From the sequence record OL702939.1: DNA of 32,000 bases. One strand, given 5' to 3'. Of the stretch, positions 12,455-21,187 are shown in pieces (position 1 is the first letter of the stretch; the number at the start of each line of letters is the position of its first letter). The notes beneath the pieces are model-generated. The model made no database searches. It was given only the letters and a program-made list of their open reading frames with translations, and was not told where the DNA came from. This DNA is from Stenotrophomonas maltophilia phage vB_SmaM_Ps15. The translations under genes and the position numbers were made by a program.

Positions 12455-13630
12455 ATGAGCGGCAATCTTTTCAGCGGCACTGACCGTATCCCGAATGACG
12501 ATATGATGGAGCTGCGACGCACCATCAACGATGCCTTCGGTGGACGAGCGGTCATCCCTCCGAAGCTGGGTGACAAGATGGATCACGGTGACGTGGACAT
12601 CTACTGGGACGGCGCAGACATCACGATCGCATCGGACCTGATCAACTTCTTCAAGGCTGAAGAATACGCGACCGATGGTAAGATCATCAAGGATGGTCTG
12701 AAGCGTTACATGAAGACCACCACGGTTCCGGACGAGTACGGCTGGGATCAGGAGATCATGTCGTTCCAGCCCCCGTCCAACTTGAGCATGAAGGTCAAGT
12801 GGGTGAACGGCTTGACCCACCAGATCGACCTGGTTCGACTGGACCCGGGCAAGTTCTTCTTCGGCACAGCCTACTACAGCTACAACGATGCCTGCATGCT
12901 GGTTGGTATGCTTGCACATCGCCTGGGCGTGAAGTTCGGTCATGACGGTTTGTGGTATGTCCTCCGTGATGGTGATCATGAGCTGGGACAGTACTGCTTG
13001 ACGGATGGTCCGATCAAGGCTCTGACCTATCTTGGCTTCGATGCTGAGAAGTTCAAGGAAGGCTTCGCCACCCGCGAAGAGATGTTCGACTGGGTCATCA
13101 ACAGTAAGTACTTCCATCCGAACGCGTTCAATCCGGACAACCGCAATCATCGCCAGCGTGCCCGTGATGCGAAGCGTGCGATCTATGGTGAGTTCACCGC
13201 TCGTGTGAACAAGCCGCCGACCGTCATGCAGAAGATCATCAACAAGCTGGTCCAGTTCAAGCTGGCAAAGAACATGCTGGTCAAGTTTGGCCTGCACCGT
13301 GAGCTGATCGAGACCACGAAGGAAGGCAATTACCAGCGTATGCTGCAGTCCTTCCCGGGCGTGGAAGAGTGGATCAAGACCAAGAAGGAACAGAACGAGA
13401 TCCGGAAGGCATTCAAGGAGGCATTCGGTGCTGACGCATACCGCGAACAGTTCCCGGACCTGTCGGAGAATGGCGATCTGCTCCAGAAGGTGATGCAGGC
13501 GAACAGCGAGAACTTCAAGGAGTTTAACATCTACGAGAAGGCGACACTGCTGGTTGAGCTGCGATCTGGCTTGGCTAATGAAGACGCCTACCAGATCCGC
13601 GAGAAAATCTACCGTCGAGTAGTCGGATGA
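12455..13630 (+). CDS. hypothetical protein (391 aa); weak Pol-beta-type nucleotidyltransferase-like signature
   Basis: AAGGAG SD. AFGGRAVIPPKLGDKMDHGDVDIYW loosely fits the GG...DxD pattern. No ligase KxDG motif. The function is not established. Confidence 0.7.
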   Translation: MSGNLFSGTDRIPNDDMMELRRTINDAFGGRAVIPPKLGDKMDHGDVDIYWDGADITIASDLINFFKAEEYATDGKIIKDGLKRYMKTTTVPDEYGWDQEIMSFQPPSNLSMKVKWVNGLTHQIDLVRLDPGKFFFGTAYYSYNDACMLVGMLAHRLGVKFGHDGLWYVLRDGDHELGQYCLTDGPIKALTYLGFDAEKFKEGFATREEMFDWVINSKYFHPNAFNPDNRNHRQRARDAKRAIYGEFTARVNKPPTVMQKIINKLVQFKLAKNMLVKFGLHRELIETTKEGNYQRMLQSFPGVEEWIKTKKEQNEIRKAFKEAFGADAYREQFPDLSENGDLLQKVMQANSENFKEFNIYEKATLLVELRSGLANEDAYQIREKIYRRVVG

Positions 13631-14034
13631 ACATCACTCAGAAGAACGTCCTGATCATTGACATCGATCATGGGGATAGCTCACACGCTATCCCCATTGA
13701 TGCCTACTGGGAAACCACTCCACAGGTCTTGGAACATATGCTGGACACCAGCATCAAGATCTACTGGAACTGGCTGCGTGATTACTACTATCCGAAGGTG
13801 GAAGAGCTGATCATGAACCGCGAGCTGGACGGTGGCGCAGCCTGGGCTGAAATTCGGGACTTGCACGAAGAACAGCTTGCGGTTAAAATCAATGGCGTGA
13901 TGTACAAAGGCTTGCTGAAGGAGTTGACACAGGACATTCCCGGATTCGGCTATCGGAACGATCCGAGGCAGTTCCAGAAGACCTGCTACAACGTCCTGAC
14001 ACTGCAAGAGTGGATTGATTACTCCCTGCCATAA
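13627..14034 (+). CDS. hypothetical protein (135 aa)
   Basis: ATGA overlap start. Confidence 0.65.
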   Translation: MNITQKNVLIIDIDHGDSSHAIPIDAYWETTPQVLEHMLDTSIKIYWNWLRDYYYPKVEELIMNRELDGGAAWAEIRDLHEEQLAVKINGVMYKGLLKELTQDIPGFGYRNDPRQFQKTCYNVLTLQEWIDYSLP

Positions 14035-14045
14035 GGAGGTTTGAG

Positions 14046-14225
14046 ATGGAACCGTTTGAAGAGTATGCCGTGATCGATGACTACGGCGATGATTGGGAAG
14101 AAGGTCCGATTGCCTTCAGTGGTGACACCTTCGAGCAGTGTGCGGAGTGGGCTGAGAGTGAGAACTATCACTCGGCAAGCATCGTCGGCATCCTGGAGAA
14201 TGGACGTCGAGTCAAGATCGTATGA
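14046..14225 (+). CDS. small acidic hypothetical protein (59 aa)
   Basis: AAGGAGG SD; its stop overlaps the next ATG (ATGA). Below the track cutoff. Confidence 0.5.
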   Translation: MEPFEEYAVIDDYGDDWEEGPIAFSGDTFEQCAEWAESENYHSASIVGILENGRRVKIV

Positions 14226-14764
14226 GTGAGATCTTCTTCTGTAGCGATCACCACTTCACTCACCGCAACCTGATGAAGTGGTATCCGGACCGCAACAAGT
14301 ACGACACTCCGGAAGAGATGGATGAAGCGATCATCGAGCGCCACAATGCCGTGGTCGGCAAGCGTGACGTCGTGTATCTGCTGGGTGACTTCGGCTTCGG
14401 CAGTAAGGACAACATTGCGAAGATCGCATGGCGTCTGAACGGGCAGAAGCACTTCCTCAGCGGAAACCATGACAAGGGTCTGCTGAATCACGACAAGTTC
14501 CGTCGCGCATTCAGTTCGATTCTGCCACCGCTTCACATGATCAGCATTGAAGGGCAGAAGATCGTCCTGTGTCACTTCCCGATTTGGGAATGGGAAGGCA
14601 TCCATCACGGTGTGTGGCACCTGCACGGACACCTCCACGGATCGCAGTGTGATGTTCCTGGAAAAATTCTCGATGTAGGTATTGACACCAACGAGCTAAG
14701 GCCTTATCATATGGATACGGTCAAAGCACACATGGATGCCAGACCGATTCGCAACCACCACTGA
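14222..14764 (+). CDS. metallophosphoesterase (calcineurin-like phosphoesterase)
   Basis: Motifs SDHHFTH, LLGDFGFG, SGNHD, LCHFP, HLHGHLHG (DxH / GD / GNHD / H / GHxH). Confidence 0.85.
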   Translation: MSEIFFCSDHHFTHRNLMKWYPDRNKYDTPEEMDEAIIERHNAVVGKRDVVYLLGDFGFGSKDNIAKIAWRLNGQKHFLSGNHDKGLLNHDKFRRAFSSILPPLHMISIEGQKIVLCHFPIWEWEGIHHGVWHLHGHLHGSQCDVPGKILDVGIDTNELRPYHMDTVKAHMDARPIRNHH

Positions 14765-14774
14765 GGAGTTCATC

Positions 14775-15125
14775 ATGCAGCTTACCCTGAACGGAACGCA
14801 GATCGCGCTGATGGCGGCATTGGTCGCTCGCGTGTGTCGTCATGAAGCCCACAAGCTCGAGACGACCACGATGTTCGACCTGACCCGTGATCTGGTCGAT
14901 CTGTCGAATGGCATTTTCGGCGAAGACCTGTTCGCAGCTGAGATCAAGGATCTCGGTCCCTACGGCAAGAAGACCCGCACGGTCATCTTCACCTTCCAGG
15001 ACGGCGAGAAGATCTTCATCGAGTGCTGCCCGCAGCCGGAATTCGTTCCGAGCGGTGACATCGGTCCGGATGGTCCGCAGGGTGGCGGTTCGGGTTTCAC
15101 TGAGCCGACTCGTCTGGCTGCCTGA
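14775..15125 (+). CDS. hypothetical protein (116 aa)
   Basis: GAGGAG SD. Confidence 0.65.
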   Translation: MQLTLNGTQIALMAALVARVCRHEAHKLETTTMFDLTRDLVDLSNGIFGEDLFAAEIKDLGPYGKKTRTVIFTFQDGEKIFIECCPQPEFVPSGDIGPDGPQGGGSGFTEPTRLAA

Positions 15126-15319
15126 TGGCCAAGTTCAAGAAGCCCAAGTACACCGTTGAGTGTAGGCGGCTTGAAAGCGTGCTCCAGTTCGTCCGCGAAT
15201 GGTCGAGCTGGAGCGACTGCCAAACCCAAGAAGAAGCCGAGCAAGACCTCAACCTAGCCCTTGAGATCGGCGAGAAGTGGAACTACACCGGCTGGGAATA
15301 TCGTATCCGCAAACTGTGA
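15125..15319 (+). CDS. hypothetical protein (64 aa)
   Basis: TGATG overlap start. Confidence 0.55.
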   Translation: MAKFKKPKYTVECRRLESVLQFVREWSSWSDCQTQEEAEQDLNLALEIGEKWNYTGWEYRIRKL

Positions 15320-15330
15320 GGAGAAAAGAC

Positions 15331-15597
15331 ATGAGCACCAACACCACCAAGACCGACAACACCACCGGCTACGTCGGCAAGCGGATCAGCACCAAGCAGT
15401 ACAAGCAGTGGCTGGCGCGTGCGTCCATCAGCGGCGCCTCCAACCCGCCGAAGAAGACGGCTCCGGGTGAGCGTCACGGCATCCGCGCTGCGATCCAGAA
15501 CCTGGTGATCGGCAAGCCGCTGCAGTTCGTTCCGAAGTCGGCGGCGAAGGTCGTGACCGAGGCGGACAAGATCACCGCCGCTGTCAAGGGCAAGTAA
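15331..15597 (+). CDS. hypothetical protein (88 aa)
   Basis: GAGGAG SD; followed by a terminator. Confidence 0.6.
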   Translation: MSTNTTKTDNTTGYVGKRISTKQYKQWLARASISGASNPPKKTAPGERHGIRAAIQNLVIGKPLQFVPKSAAKVVTEADKITAAVKGK

Positions 15598-15604
15598 TCA
15601 TCCC

Positions 15605-15629
15605 GGGCGCCTTCGGGCGCCCTTTCTTT
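15605..15629 (+). terminator. rho-independent terminator (UUCG tetraloop)
   Basis: gggcgcc-ttcg-ggcgccc followed by tttcttt. Confidence 0.75.
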
Positions 15630-15640
15630 GAGGGTACATC

Positions 15641-16522
15641 ATGAAGGCATTCATCACTGTCGGAGTCTCCTGCTCTGGCAAGACCACCTGGGCTGAAGCC
15701 CGTCAGCGTGAGTTCGGTGACACGATCATCTGTCGTGATAACATCCGCTGGGCGATCATGGAACAGCGTGGCCTGGTCCCGTGCTGGGCCAACTGGAAGT
15801 GGAAGGACGAGAAGAGCGTCACACAGCAGCAGAACTATGAGATCGAGGCTGCGGCTGCTGTCGGGCTGAACATCGTGATCGCCGACACGAACCTGAACGC
15901 TAGTCGCCGGTCGGCTCTGCGTGAGAAGCTGGAGTCCCTGGGCTACAACGTCCAGTTCAAGATCTTCGATGACATCACCCTGGACGAGGCATTGCGTCGT
16001 GACGCAGCTCGCCTGAATGGTGTCGGCGCGCACATCATCCACAAGCAGTGGGTGGACTTCAACGAGCAGTTCGGTCTGGATCGCTATGAGCCGGTTCCGG
16101 GTGCTTGCGCGTGCGTCATCGTGGACATTGACGGCACCGTGGCGATCATGCGCGACCGTTCGGCATACGACTGGAGCCGCGTTGGTGAGGATGATCGGAA
16201 CACCCTGGCTTGCCTGGCAGTGAAGGCGTATCATCAGGCTGGCATCCGCGTGGTGTTCGTCTCTGGTCGTGACGCAGTCTGTGAACTGCAGACCCGTCGC
16301 TGGTTGAAAGATACGTTCGGCGACATGCCGTTCTTCCTGTTCATGCGTGGCATCGGTGATCAGCGCAAAGACACGATCATCAAGCGTGAGATCTTCGACC
16401 TGCACATCCGCGACAACTACAACGTCCTGGGTGTGCTGGATGATCGCCCCAGCGTTGCTCGTATGTGGCGTGACCTGGGCCTGAACGTTATCCAGTTCGG
16501 CAATCCCTACGTGGAATTCTGA
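15641..16522 (+). CDS. pseT: polynucleotide 5'-kinase / 3'-phosphatase (T4 PseT-like)
   Basis: Recalled T4 Pnk blocks match: GVSCSGKTTWA (P-loop), IADTNLNASRR, VIVDIDGTVA (HAD DxDGT), VFVSGRD, GDQRKDTIIKREIF, LDDRPSVARMWR. 293 aa. Confidence 0.88.
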   Translation: MKAFITVGVSCSGKTTWAEARQREFGDTIICRDNIRWAIMEQRGLVPCWANWKWKDEKSVTQQQNYEIEAAAAVGLNIVIADTNLNASRRSALREKLESLGYNVQFKIFDDITLDEALRRDAARLNGVGAHIIHKQWVDFNEQFGLDRYEPVPGACACVIVDIDGTVAIMRDRSAYDWSRVGEDDRNTLACLAVKAYHQAGIRVVFVSGRDAVCELQTRRWLKDTFGDMPFFLFMRGIGDQRKDTIIKREIFDLHIRDNYNVLGVLDDRPSVARMWRDLGLNVIQFGNPYVEF

Positions 16523-16549
16523 GAAAGGGCCTTGCGCCCTTTCTCTTTT
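16522..16549 (+). terminator. terminator hairpin overlapping the next promoter
   Basis: agaaagggc-cttgc-gccctttct followed by ctttt; the loop and 3' arm carry the -35 TTGCGC. Confidence 0.6.
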
Positions 16550-16560
16550 GCGTATACAAT
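16532..16560 (+). promoter_or_regulatory. sigma70-like promoter (TTGCGC-17-TACAAT)
   Basis: Hexamers with 17-nt spacing, upstream of ATG 16589. Confidence 0.5.
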
Positions 16561-16588
16561 CGTACTACGTTCACACAGGAGTCAACCG

Positions 16589-16888
16589 ATGAAGTACACC
16601 GCCGCTGACCTGATCGAGATGTTCCCGGGATGTACCGACCGCCCCGAAGCGATTGATTCGCTGGAGATGTTGTTCAGTACTCTGGAATATGTACAGATCG
16701 ATGAGCGCATGCTCCACTTCCTGATGTTGGATCTATCCAACGCGTGGAAGCAGGCAGCCGAGTCTGGCTACAAGCGCGGCTACATTGACGGTCAGCTCCA
16801 GGCGTGGCGCGAAGCTCGCGATACCATCAAGCGCACTGAAGTGGATGTCGTCGAGGTTGAAGTCGTCTATCAGGGAGGGAAGGTATGA
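16589..16888 (+). CDS. hypothetical protein (99 aa)
   Basis: AGGAG SD. Confidence 0.6.
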   Translation: MKYTAADLIEMFPGCTDRPEAIDSLEMLFSTLEYVQIDERMLHFLMLDLSNAWKQAAESGYKRGYIDGQLQAWREARDTIKRTEVDVVEVEVVYQGGKV

Positions 16889-17127
16889 GCAAGGTCTGGG
16901 AAAAGCGTGACGTCGTTCACGGTCCGTCTATGTTGCTCGGCTGGGTGTTCGCATTTGCGATGCTGAATGTGTCGCTGTTGTACAATGGCTATTTCAAGCC
17001 GTCGCTTGTTCCCGCACGCAGCGTGTTGGTCGAGCAGAAGGCGGAGTGTGAGAAAGACATCCCGCGTAGCCAGGTATGCACGGCGCGGGTCTACTGGGAA
17101 GTATCCGACAAGAAGGAGACTGAATGA
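16885..17127 (+). CDS. small membrane protein (80 aa)
   Basis: ATGA overlap; hydrophobic SMLLGWVFAFAMLNVSLLY. Confidence 0.55.
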   Translation: MSKVWEKRDVVHGPSMLLGWVFAFAMLNVSLLYNGYFKPSLVPARSVLVEQKAECEKDIPRSQVCTARVYWEVSDKKETE

Positions 17128-17324
17128 CATCGACTCTGTTCAATCGCATCGCTGGAGTCTTCACTCTGGCATGTCTGGTGGTCGCGTTGGGCGCTGCGAT
17201 CATCGGTAACGTGGTAATGCTCGCTGTATTCTCAGCCATCACAGCTCTCTCCTTCATTGTGTGGGTTCTGTCGTATGTGATTCGCCTGATTGACGAGACG
17301 ATTGTACGTCAGATCTTGCGTTAA
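17124..17324 (+). CDS. small membrane protein (66 aa, two hydrophobic segments)
   Basis: ATGA overlap, AAGGAG SD. Confidence 0.55.
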   Translation: MTSTLFNRIAGVFTLACLVVALGAAIIGNVVMLAVFSAITALSFIVWVLSYVIRLIDETIVRQILR

Positions 17325-17344
17325 CAGGCATTTTCGTTTATAAT
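17316..17344 (+). promoter_or_regulatory. sigma70-like promoter (TTGCGT-17-TATAAT)
   Basis: Hexamers with 17-nt spacing, upstream of the DUF932 gene. Confidence 0.55.
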
Positions 17345-17373
17345 TGTGTTTCGTCTTTGAAGGAGAAATGATC

Positions 17374-18363
17374 ATGGCTCACGAAATCACCTTGCGTGCT
17401 GATGGCACTGCAGAGATGGCATTCACCGGACCGCGGGACGCGATCTGGCATGGACTCGGTAACAACCTGGACGAGAACGCTAGCTTGGAAGTCTGGCGTC
17501 AACAGGCAGGGATGGACTGGTCGGTGAAGGAGTCGCCGCTTCTGTATCGTGGGCAGAACGAGGACGGTGAGGAAATGAGTCTATCGTTCCCGGAACGCAA
17601 AGTCCTGTTCCGCTCGGACAACAAGGAACCGCTGGGCATCGTAGGCGACGACTTCAAGATCGTGCAGCCAGAGATGGTCATTGAGTTCTTCCGTGATCTG
17701 GTCGAGAACCACGGCATGAAGCTCAGCACCGCTGGTACGCTGTATGGCGGACGCCGCTTCTGGGCTCTGGCTGACACCGGCAATAGCGGTGAAGTGACGA
17801 GTGGTGATCGTGTTGACGGTCATCTTCTGTTGACCACCGCGGTCGATGGAACGATGTCCACGCAGGCGCGCTTCACCAGCACCCGAGTGGTGTGCAACAA
17901 CACGCTGACCGTGGCTCTGCAGGGCTCGAGCAATCGCCCGATTATCCGAGTCACCCATAAGCGCGAGTTTGACCCGACTGCCGTCAAGATGGATCTGGGG
18001 ATTCTGGATCGCGGCTGGCACGAATACATGCAATCGATGAAACGCCTCGCTGACAGGAAGATGGACGCACGTAGCACGCGTGAGTTCTTTGAACGACAGC
18101 TGTTCGATCCGGCACGTGATGCAGCATCGCAGACCTGGGGCACGATCCGAGAAGTGACCCGTCTGACCGATCTGGCTCTGGGTGGCTCCGGTTCGGATAT
18201 GTCCCGTGGCACGGCATGGGGTGCATTGTGCGCGGTGACCGAGCATTACACGCACGGTACTGGCAAGCGTGACCCCAGCCATCAGTTCTGGGACGCATAC
18301 GCAGGCGGTGCCGATTCCAAGAAGCAGCAGCTTCGCAACGCTCTGGTAAGGGAGTTTGCATAA
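17374..18363 (+). CDS. DUF932 (phage/plasmid-like protein) family protein
   Basis: AAGGAG SD. AEMAFTG...AIWHGLGN...GMDWSV...LFRSDNKEPLGIVGDDFKIVQP...GGRRFWALA matches the family pattern from memory. Confidence 0.8.
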   Translation: MAHEITLRADGTAEMAFTGPRDAIWHGLGNNLDENASLEVWRQQAGMDWSVKESPLLYRGQNEDGEEMSLSFPERKVLFRSDNKEPLGIVGDDFKIVQPEMVIEFFRDLVENHGMKLSTAGTLYGGRRFWALADTGNSGEVTSGDRVDGHLLLTTAVDGTMSTQARFTSTRVVCNNTLTVALQGSSNRPIIRVTHKREFDPTAVKMDLGILDRGWHEYMQSMKRLADRKMDARSTREFFERQLFDPARDAASQTWGTIREVTRLTDLALGGSGSDMSRGTAWGALCAVTEHYTHGTGKRDPSHQFWDAYAGGADSKKQQLRNALVREFA

Positions 18364-18755
18364 TGAGTCTGGAACGTTACAAGGCAATGCGCGATAAGGT
18401 CGGCGAGCTCTTGAACGAACTGGACTCTCTGATTGCGAACAACACTCAGTGGCAAGTGATCGACAGCCACGTTGAATCGATCAAAGCGCGTGCCAAGAAG
18501 GAAAACCTGAAGATGCGCCGTGGCGCCAAAGCGAACGGTAAGATCTACTTCTCGCAGGGGCGATGCAGTCCAGCCTCTCGAGCATTGGGATACATCCCGT
18601 GTAATGGCTTTACTCTGGTCACCTGTTCTGGCATTCCGATCTGGAAGCTGTTACAGATGAGGATTCCGGTAGAGTTTCTGGAAGAGATCAAGTCTAGTCA
18701 GAAGATCTTCAGTTACGACAGTGTCAACTTCACCATCATGAGGCCTGGCAAATGA
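18363..18755 (+). CDS. hypothetical protein (130 aa)
   Basis: TAATG overlap start. Confidence 0.6.
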   Translation: MSLERYKAMRDKVGELLNELDSLIANNTQWQVIDSHVESIKARAKKENLKMRRGAKANGKIYFSQGRCSPASRALGYIPCNGFTLVTCSGIPIWKLLQMRIPVEFLEEIKSSQKIFSYDSVNFTIMRPGK

Positions 18756-19054
18756 ACAATCTTCTCGCATACCCACTGACCCTCTCGAAGCGCGAATGCG
18801 TGGACGAGATTCTCGAAGGCAACGACCAGGACAAGATCGATCTGATCTGTCAGTGGTACGACTACGAGAAGAACCACATGAACCGTCACAAGTGCTGGCA
18901 TCACCTGATGCTACGTGACGGTACGGAGGTGGACGGTACCTACTACCCGAACGCAGACAGCTGGACCCGGATGACCGGTAACGGACCCGACCGACTGAAA
19001 GACTCGCAGATCGGGGCTGTGAAGATCAGCCGCAAACAATGGGACTTCGACTGA
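18752..19054 (+). CDS. hypothetical protein (100 aa)
   Basis: ATGA overlap start. Confidence 0.6.
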   Translation: MNNLLAYPLTLSKRECVDEILEGNDQDKIDLICQWYDYEKNHMNRHKCWHHLMLRDGTEVDGTYYPNADSWTRMTGNGPDRLKDSQIGAVKISRKQWDFD

Positions 19055-19269
19055 TGGCCAGATACAATCCTTTGCTATCCGAGCAAGTGTTTGCCGTGAT
19101 GCAACGATCTCCGAAGCCACTGATGACGGCGGCAACCATCAAGAAGCTCCTTGGTGACGCCTTCTCAGTCGAATCGGTAACACAGGCTCTACACGTTCTC
19201 CGCTGTGATGGACGCGTTCAGTCTTTCTCAACCAAGCCTTTCATGTATAAGATCAAGGAGACGCCATGA
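19054..19269 (+). CDS. hypothetical protein (71 aa)
   Basis: TGATG overlap start. Confidence 0.55.
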   Translation: MARYNPLLSEQVFAVMQRSPKPLMTAATIKKLLGDAFSVESVTQALHVLRCDGRVQSFSTKPFMYKIKETP

Positions 19270-19418
19270 AGAAGCAAGAATTCACCTGGGACAATCGTCT
19301 CACTGAGATGCTCAACGAACTGAAGAAGTCCGAGAAGGGCACTGAAGACCAGTCGGTCAAGGTTCGTGACATCATCGCATATCTCAACAAGAGTCATAAG
19401 GAGGAGCCGCGTGGCTAA
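19266..19418 (+). CDS. small hypothetical protein (50 aa)
   Basis: ATGA overlap start. Manual translation; below the track cutoff. Confidence 0.45.
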   Translation: MKKQEFTWDNRLTEMLNELKKSEKGTEDQSVKVRDIIAYLNKSHKEEPRG

Positions 19419-19689
19419 CATCAAATCCATCACCAAACAGCTGGAAGAGCTGACCGACGTAATCAAGAGCAAGAAGAATTTCCGGGTCATGCCGTTTCCA
19501 CTGATCACCGCATGTATCCTGACCGTGTTGAAGTCGCTGGAGCTGATCACCCTGAGCTGGTGGATCATCGGACTGATCGCAGTGTTCCCTCTGGCTCTGA
19601 TGGTCTCGGTGCTGATCGTTCTGGGCACGCTGGCAGGCATCGGTATCCTGGGCGTTCTCGCATACGACTTCTTCAAGGGGAGGTTCTGA
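19411..19689 (+). CDS. small membrane protein (92 aa)
   Basis: GTG 6 nt after AAGGAGG; long hydrophobic stretches (WWIIGLIAVFPLALMVSVLIVLGTLAGIGILGVLA). Confidence 0.55.
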   Translation: MANIKSITKQLEELTDVIKSKKNFRVMPFPLITACILTVLKSLELITLSWWIIGLIAVFPLALMVSVLIVLGTLAGIGILGVLAYDFFKGRF

Positions 19690-19690
19690 C

Positions 19691-20386
19691 ATGGCAATCC
19701 ATCACTACTCGGACGAACTGCTGAACCTGATCATCAAGACCGCGCAGGCAGGTGGCCCACTGTTCTATGTGGACCCTTACGGTGACGTCGAGGAGTTCTA
19801 CTACGATACCGTAAAGGAAGTTCTTGAGCATATCATCAATGAAGGTTCCATGTTGCAGCTCGACAACTTCCGGCTGTATATGCTCGACCTGGATTCGATG
19901 GAAAGCGACAGCGCCGAACCGGAAGAGGAGCCCAAGGAAACTCAGATTCGCGTGCGTGCGGACTACGAAAACGGTCAGATCGTCATCGAGGCACTGGGTA
20001 AGGACGTGAAGATCTGTCCGAAGCTCCTCGTCAATGAAACGTGGCCCGTCAAAGAGAAGGGCGGTCTCGATCCCGACAACTCGGTTTTCATGACTCTGAA
20101 TGATGTCAAGAGCTGGTTGAAGAAGAACGGTAGCCGAACCGTTCGCGGTCAGTTCCGGAATGGTCGATATCAATTCCGCAGCCCAAGCAGCGAAGGCAAC
20201 TGTGTGGTGCTCTACTTTGAAGACACCTATGGCAACTTCTGGGCGTCGACTGGAAGCATCTTCAACAAGCGTACAGGCGGTGCAATCACGTCGTTCAAGC
20301 CGACTGCGATCCCAAGAGGTGAGAACAAGTTCAAGATCAATGACATCACCTTCAAGGCAGTCGTCACTCCGAAAGATCTGAAATGA
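19691..20386 (+). CDS. hypothetical protein (231 aa)
   Basis: GGGGAGG SD. Confidence 0.7.
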   Translation: MAIHHYSDELLNLIIKTAQAGGPLFYVDPYGDVEEFYYDTVKEVLEHIINEGSMLQLDNFRLYMLDLDSMESDSAEPEEEPKETQIRVRADYENGQIVIEALGKDVKICPKLLVNETWPVKEKGGLDPDNSVFMTLNDVKSWLKKNGSRTVRGQFRNGRYQFRSPSSEGNCVVLYFEDTYGNFWASTGSIFNKRTGGAITSFKPTAIPRGENKFKINDITFKAVVTPKDLK

Positions 20387-20410
20387 TTTGAAGAAATCGC
20401 GGAAAAGGAC

Positions 20411-20439
20411 TTGACCTACCTTCGGGTAGGTCTTATCAT
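20411..20439 (+). promoter_or_regulatory. sigma70-like promoter (TTGACC-17-TATCAT) with a UUCG hairpin in the spacer
   Basis: aaaaggacTTGACC; hairpin gacctacc-ttcg-ggtaggtc at 20413-20432. A near-identical cassette lies at 25903. Confidence 0.6.
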
Positions 20440-20466
20440 ATAGGGACATTGAGGAGGAACAATATC

Positions 20467-20679
20467 ATGGTTTGGATCGTAGATGCATCAGAACGACGCG
20501 AAGCTGCCCGCGTGGCGTTGGAAGCGTTCGTTGCTGGCTTGGGCTTGTCTGAAGAAGCGGCTCGTGCATATGCGGGCTTGATGGAAGAATACACCGATGC
20601 CGTCTATGATGACGCTTCTGCATCGGCAACCTACTACGACGGCTATGGTGGCTGTCCGACTTGCGGAGGTGAAGGCTGA
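20467..20679 (+). CDS. hypothetical protein (70 aa, C-terminal CPTC)
   Basis: GAGGAGG SD. Confidence 0.55.
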   Translation: MVWIVDASERREAARVALEAFVAGLGLSEEAARAYAGLMEEYTDAVYDDASASATYYDGYGGCPTCGGEG

Positions 20680-21176
20680 TGTCGATCTACACACTACTGG
20701 ATGGCTCCGTTGAAGGCGCCAATGAACTGGCTGAGGCCTGGAAGCGTTGCATCGCTCGTGATGCCGATCTGCAGATCGGATTGGTGAACGCTCGCCGCGA
20801 ACAGCATAAGCGTCTCAAGAAGATCGCGGATCTGAAGACTTCGTTGTATCAGCTGTACGCCTTCGACTCCGAGATCACAGCTCATGCTCGTTTCGTGTTG
20901 AAGCAGGAGCTTTTCCTGCTGAATGCCGAACGCGTCGAAGGCGAGAGTTTCATCCGCCGCTGCAAGGATCGCATTAAGCGTGTCGCTGCTGAACAGATCA
21001 AGGTCACCGAGCAGATGTTCAGCCTGGCGCGTACCACGTTGGCTTCCACCAACCTCCGCGAAGATCAGATGGTGCGCTACATGAAGCGCGCAGGTGTTGA
21101 TCTGTATCGCGGTTGGTATCACAAGATCACGACTCAGTCGCTGATGAATCACCTGAACGCCACCTACATTCCCTGA
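20679..21176 (+). CDS. hypothetical protein (165 aa)
   Basis: TGATG overlap start. Confidence 0.65.
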   Translation: MSIYTLLDGSVEGANELAEAWKRCIARDADLQIGLVNARREQHKRLKKIADLKTSLYQLYAFDSEITAHARFVLKQELFLLNAERVEGESFIRRCKDRIKRVAAEQIKVTEQMFSLARTTLASTNLREDQMVRYMKRAGVDLYRGWYHKITTQSLMNHLNATYIP

Positions 21177-21187
21177 AGGAGAACAAC

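Noticed and set aside
12455-13630. Assigning the 391-aa protein as an RNA ligase or CCA-adding enzyme because it lies close to the tRNA island and upstream of Pnkp.
   Set aside because: It has no KxDG adenylation motif. The GG...DVD spacing is only loosely NTase-like, and the other class II CCA-enzyme motifs were not recognised. It is kept as hypothetical with a flagged weak signature.
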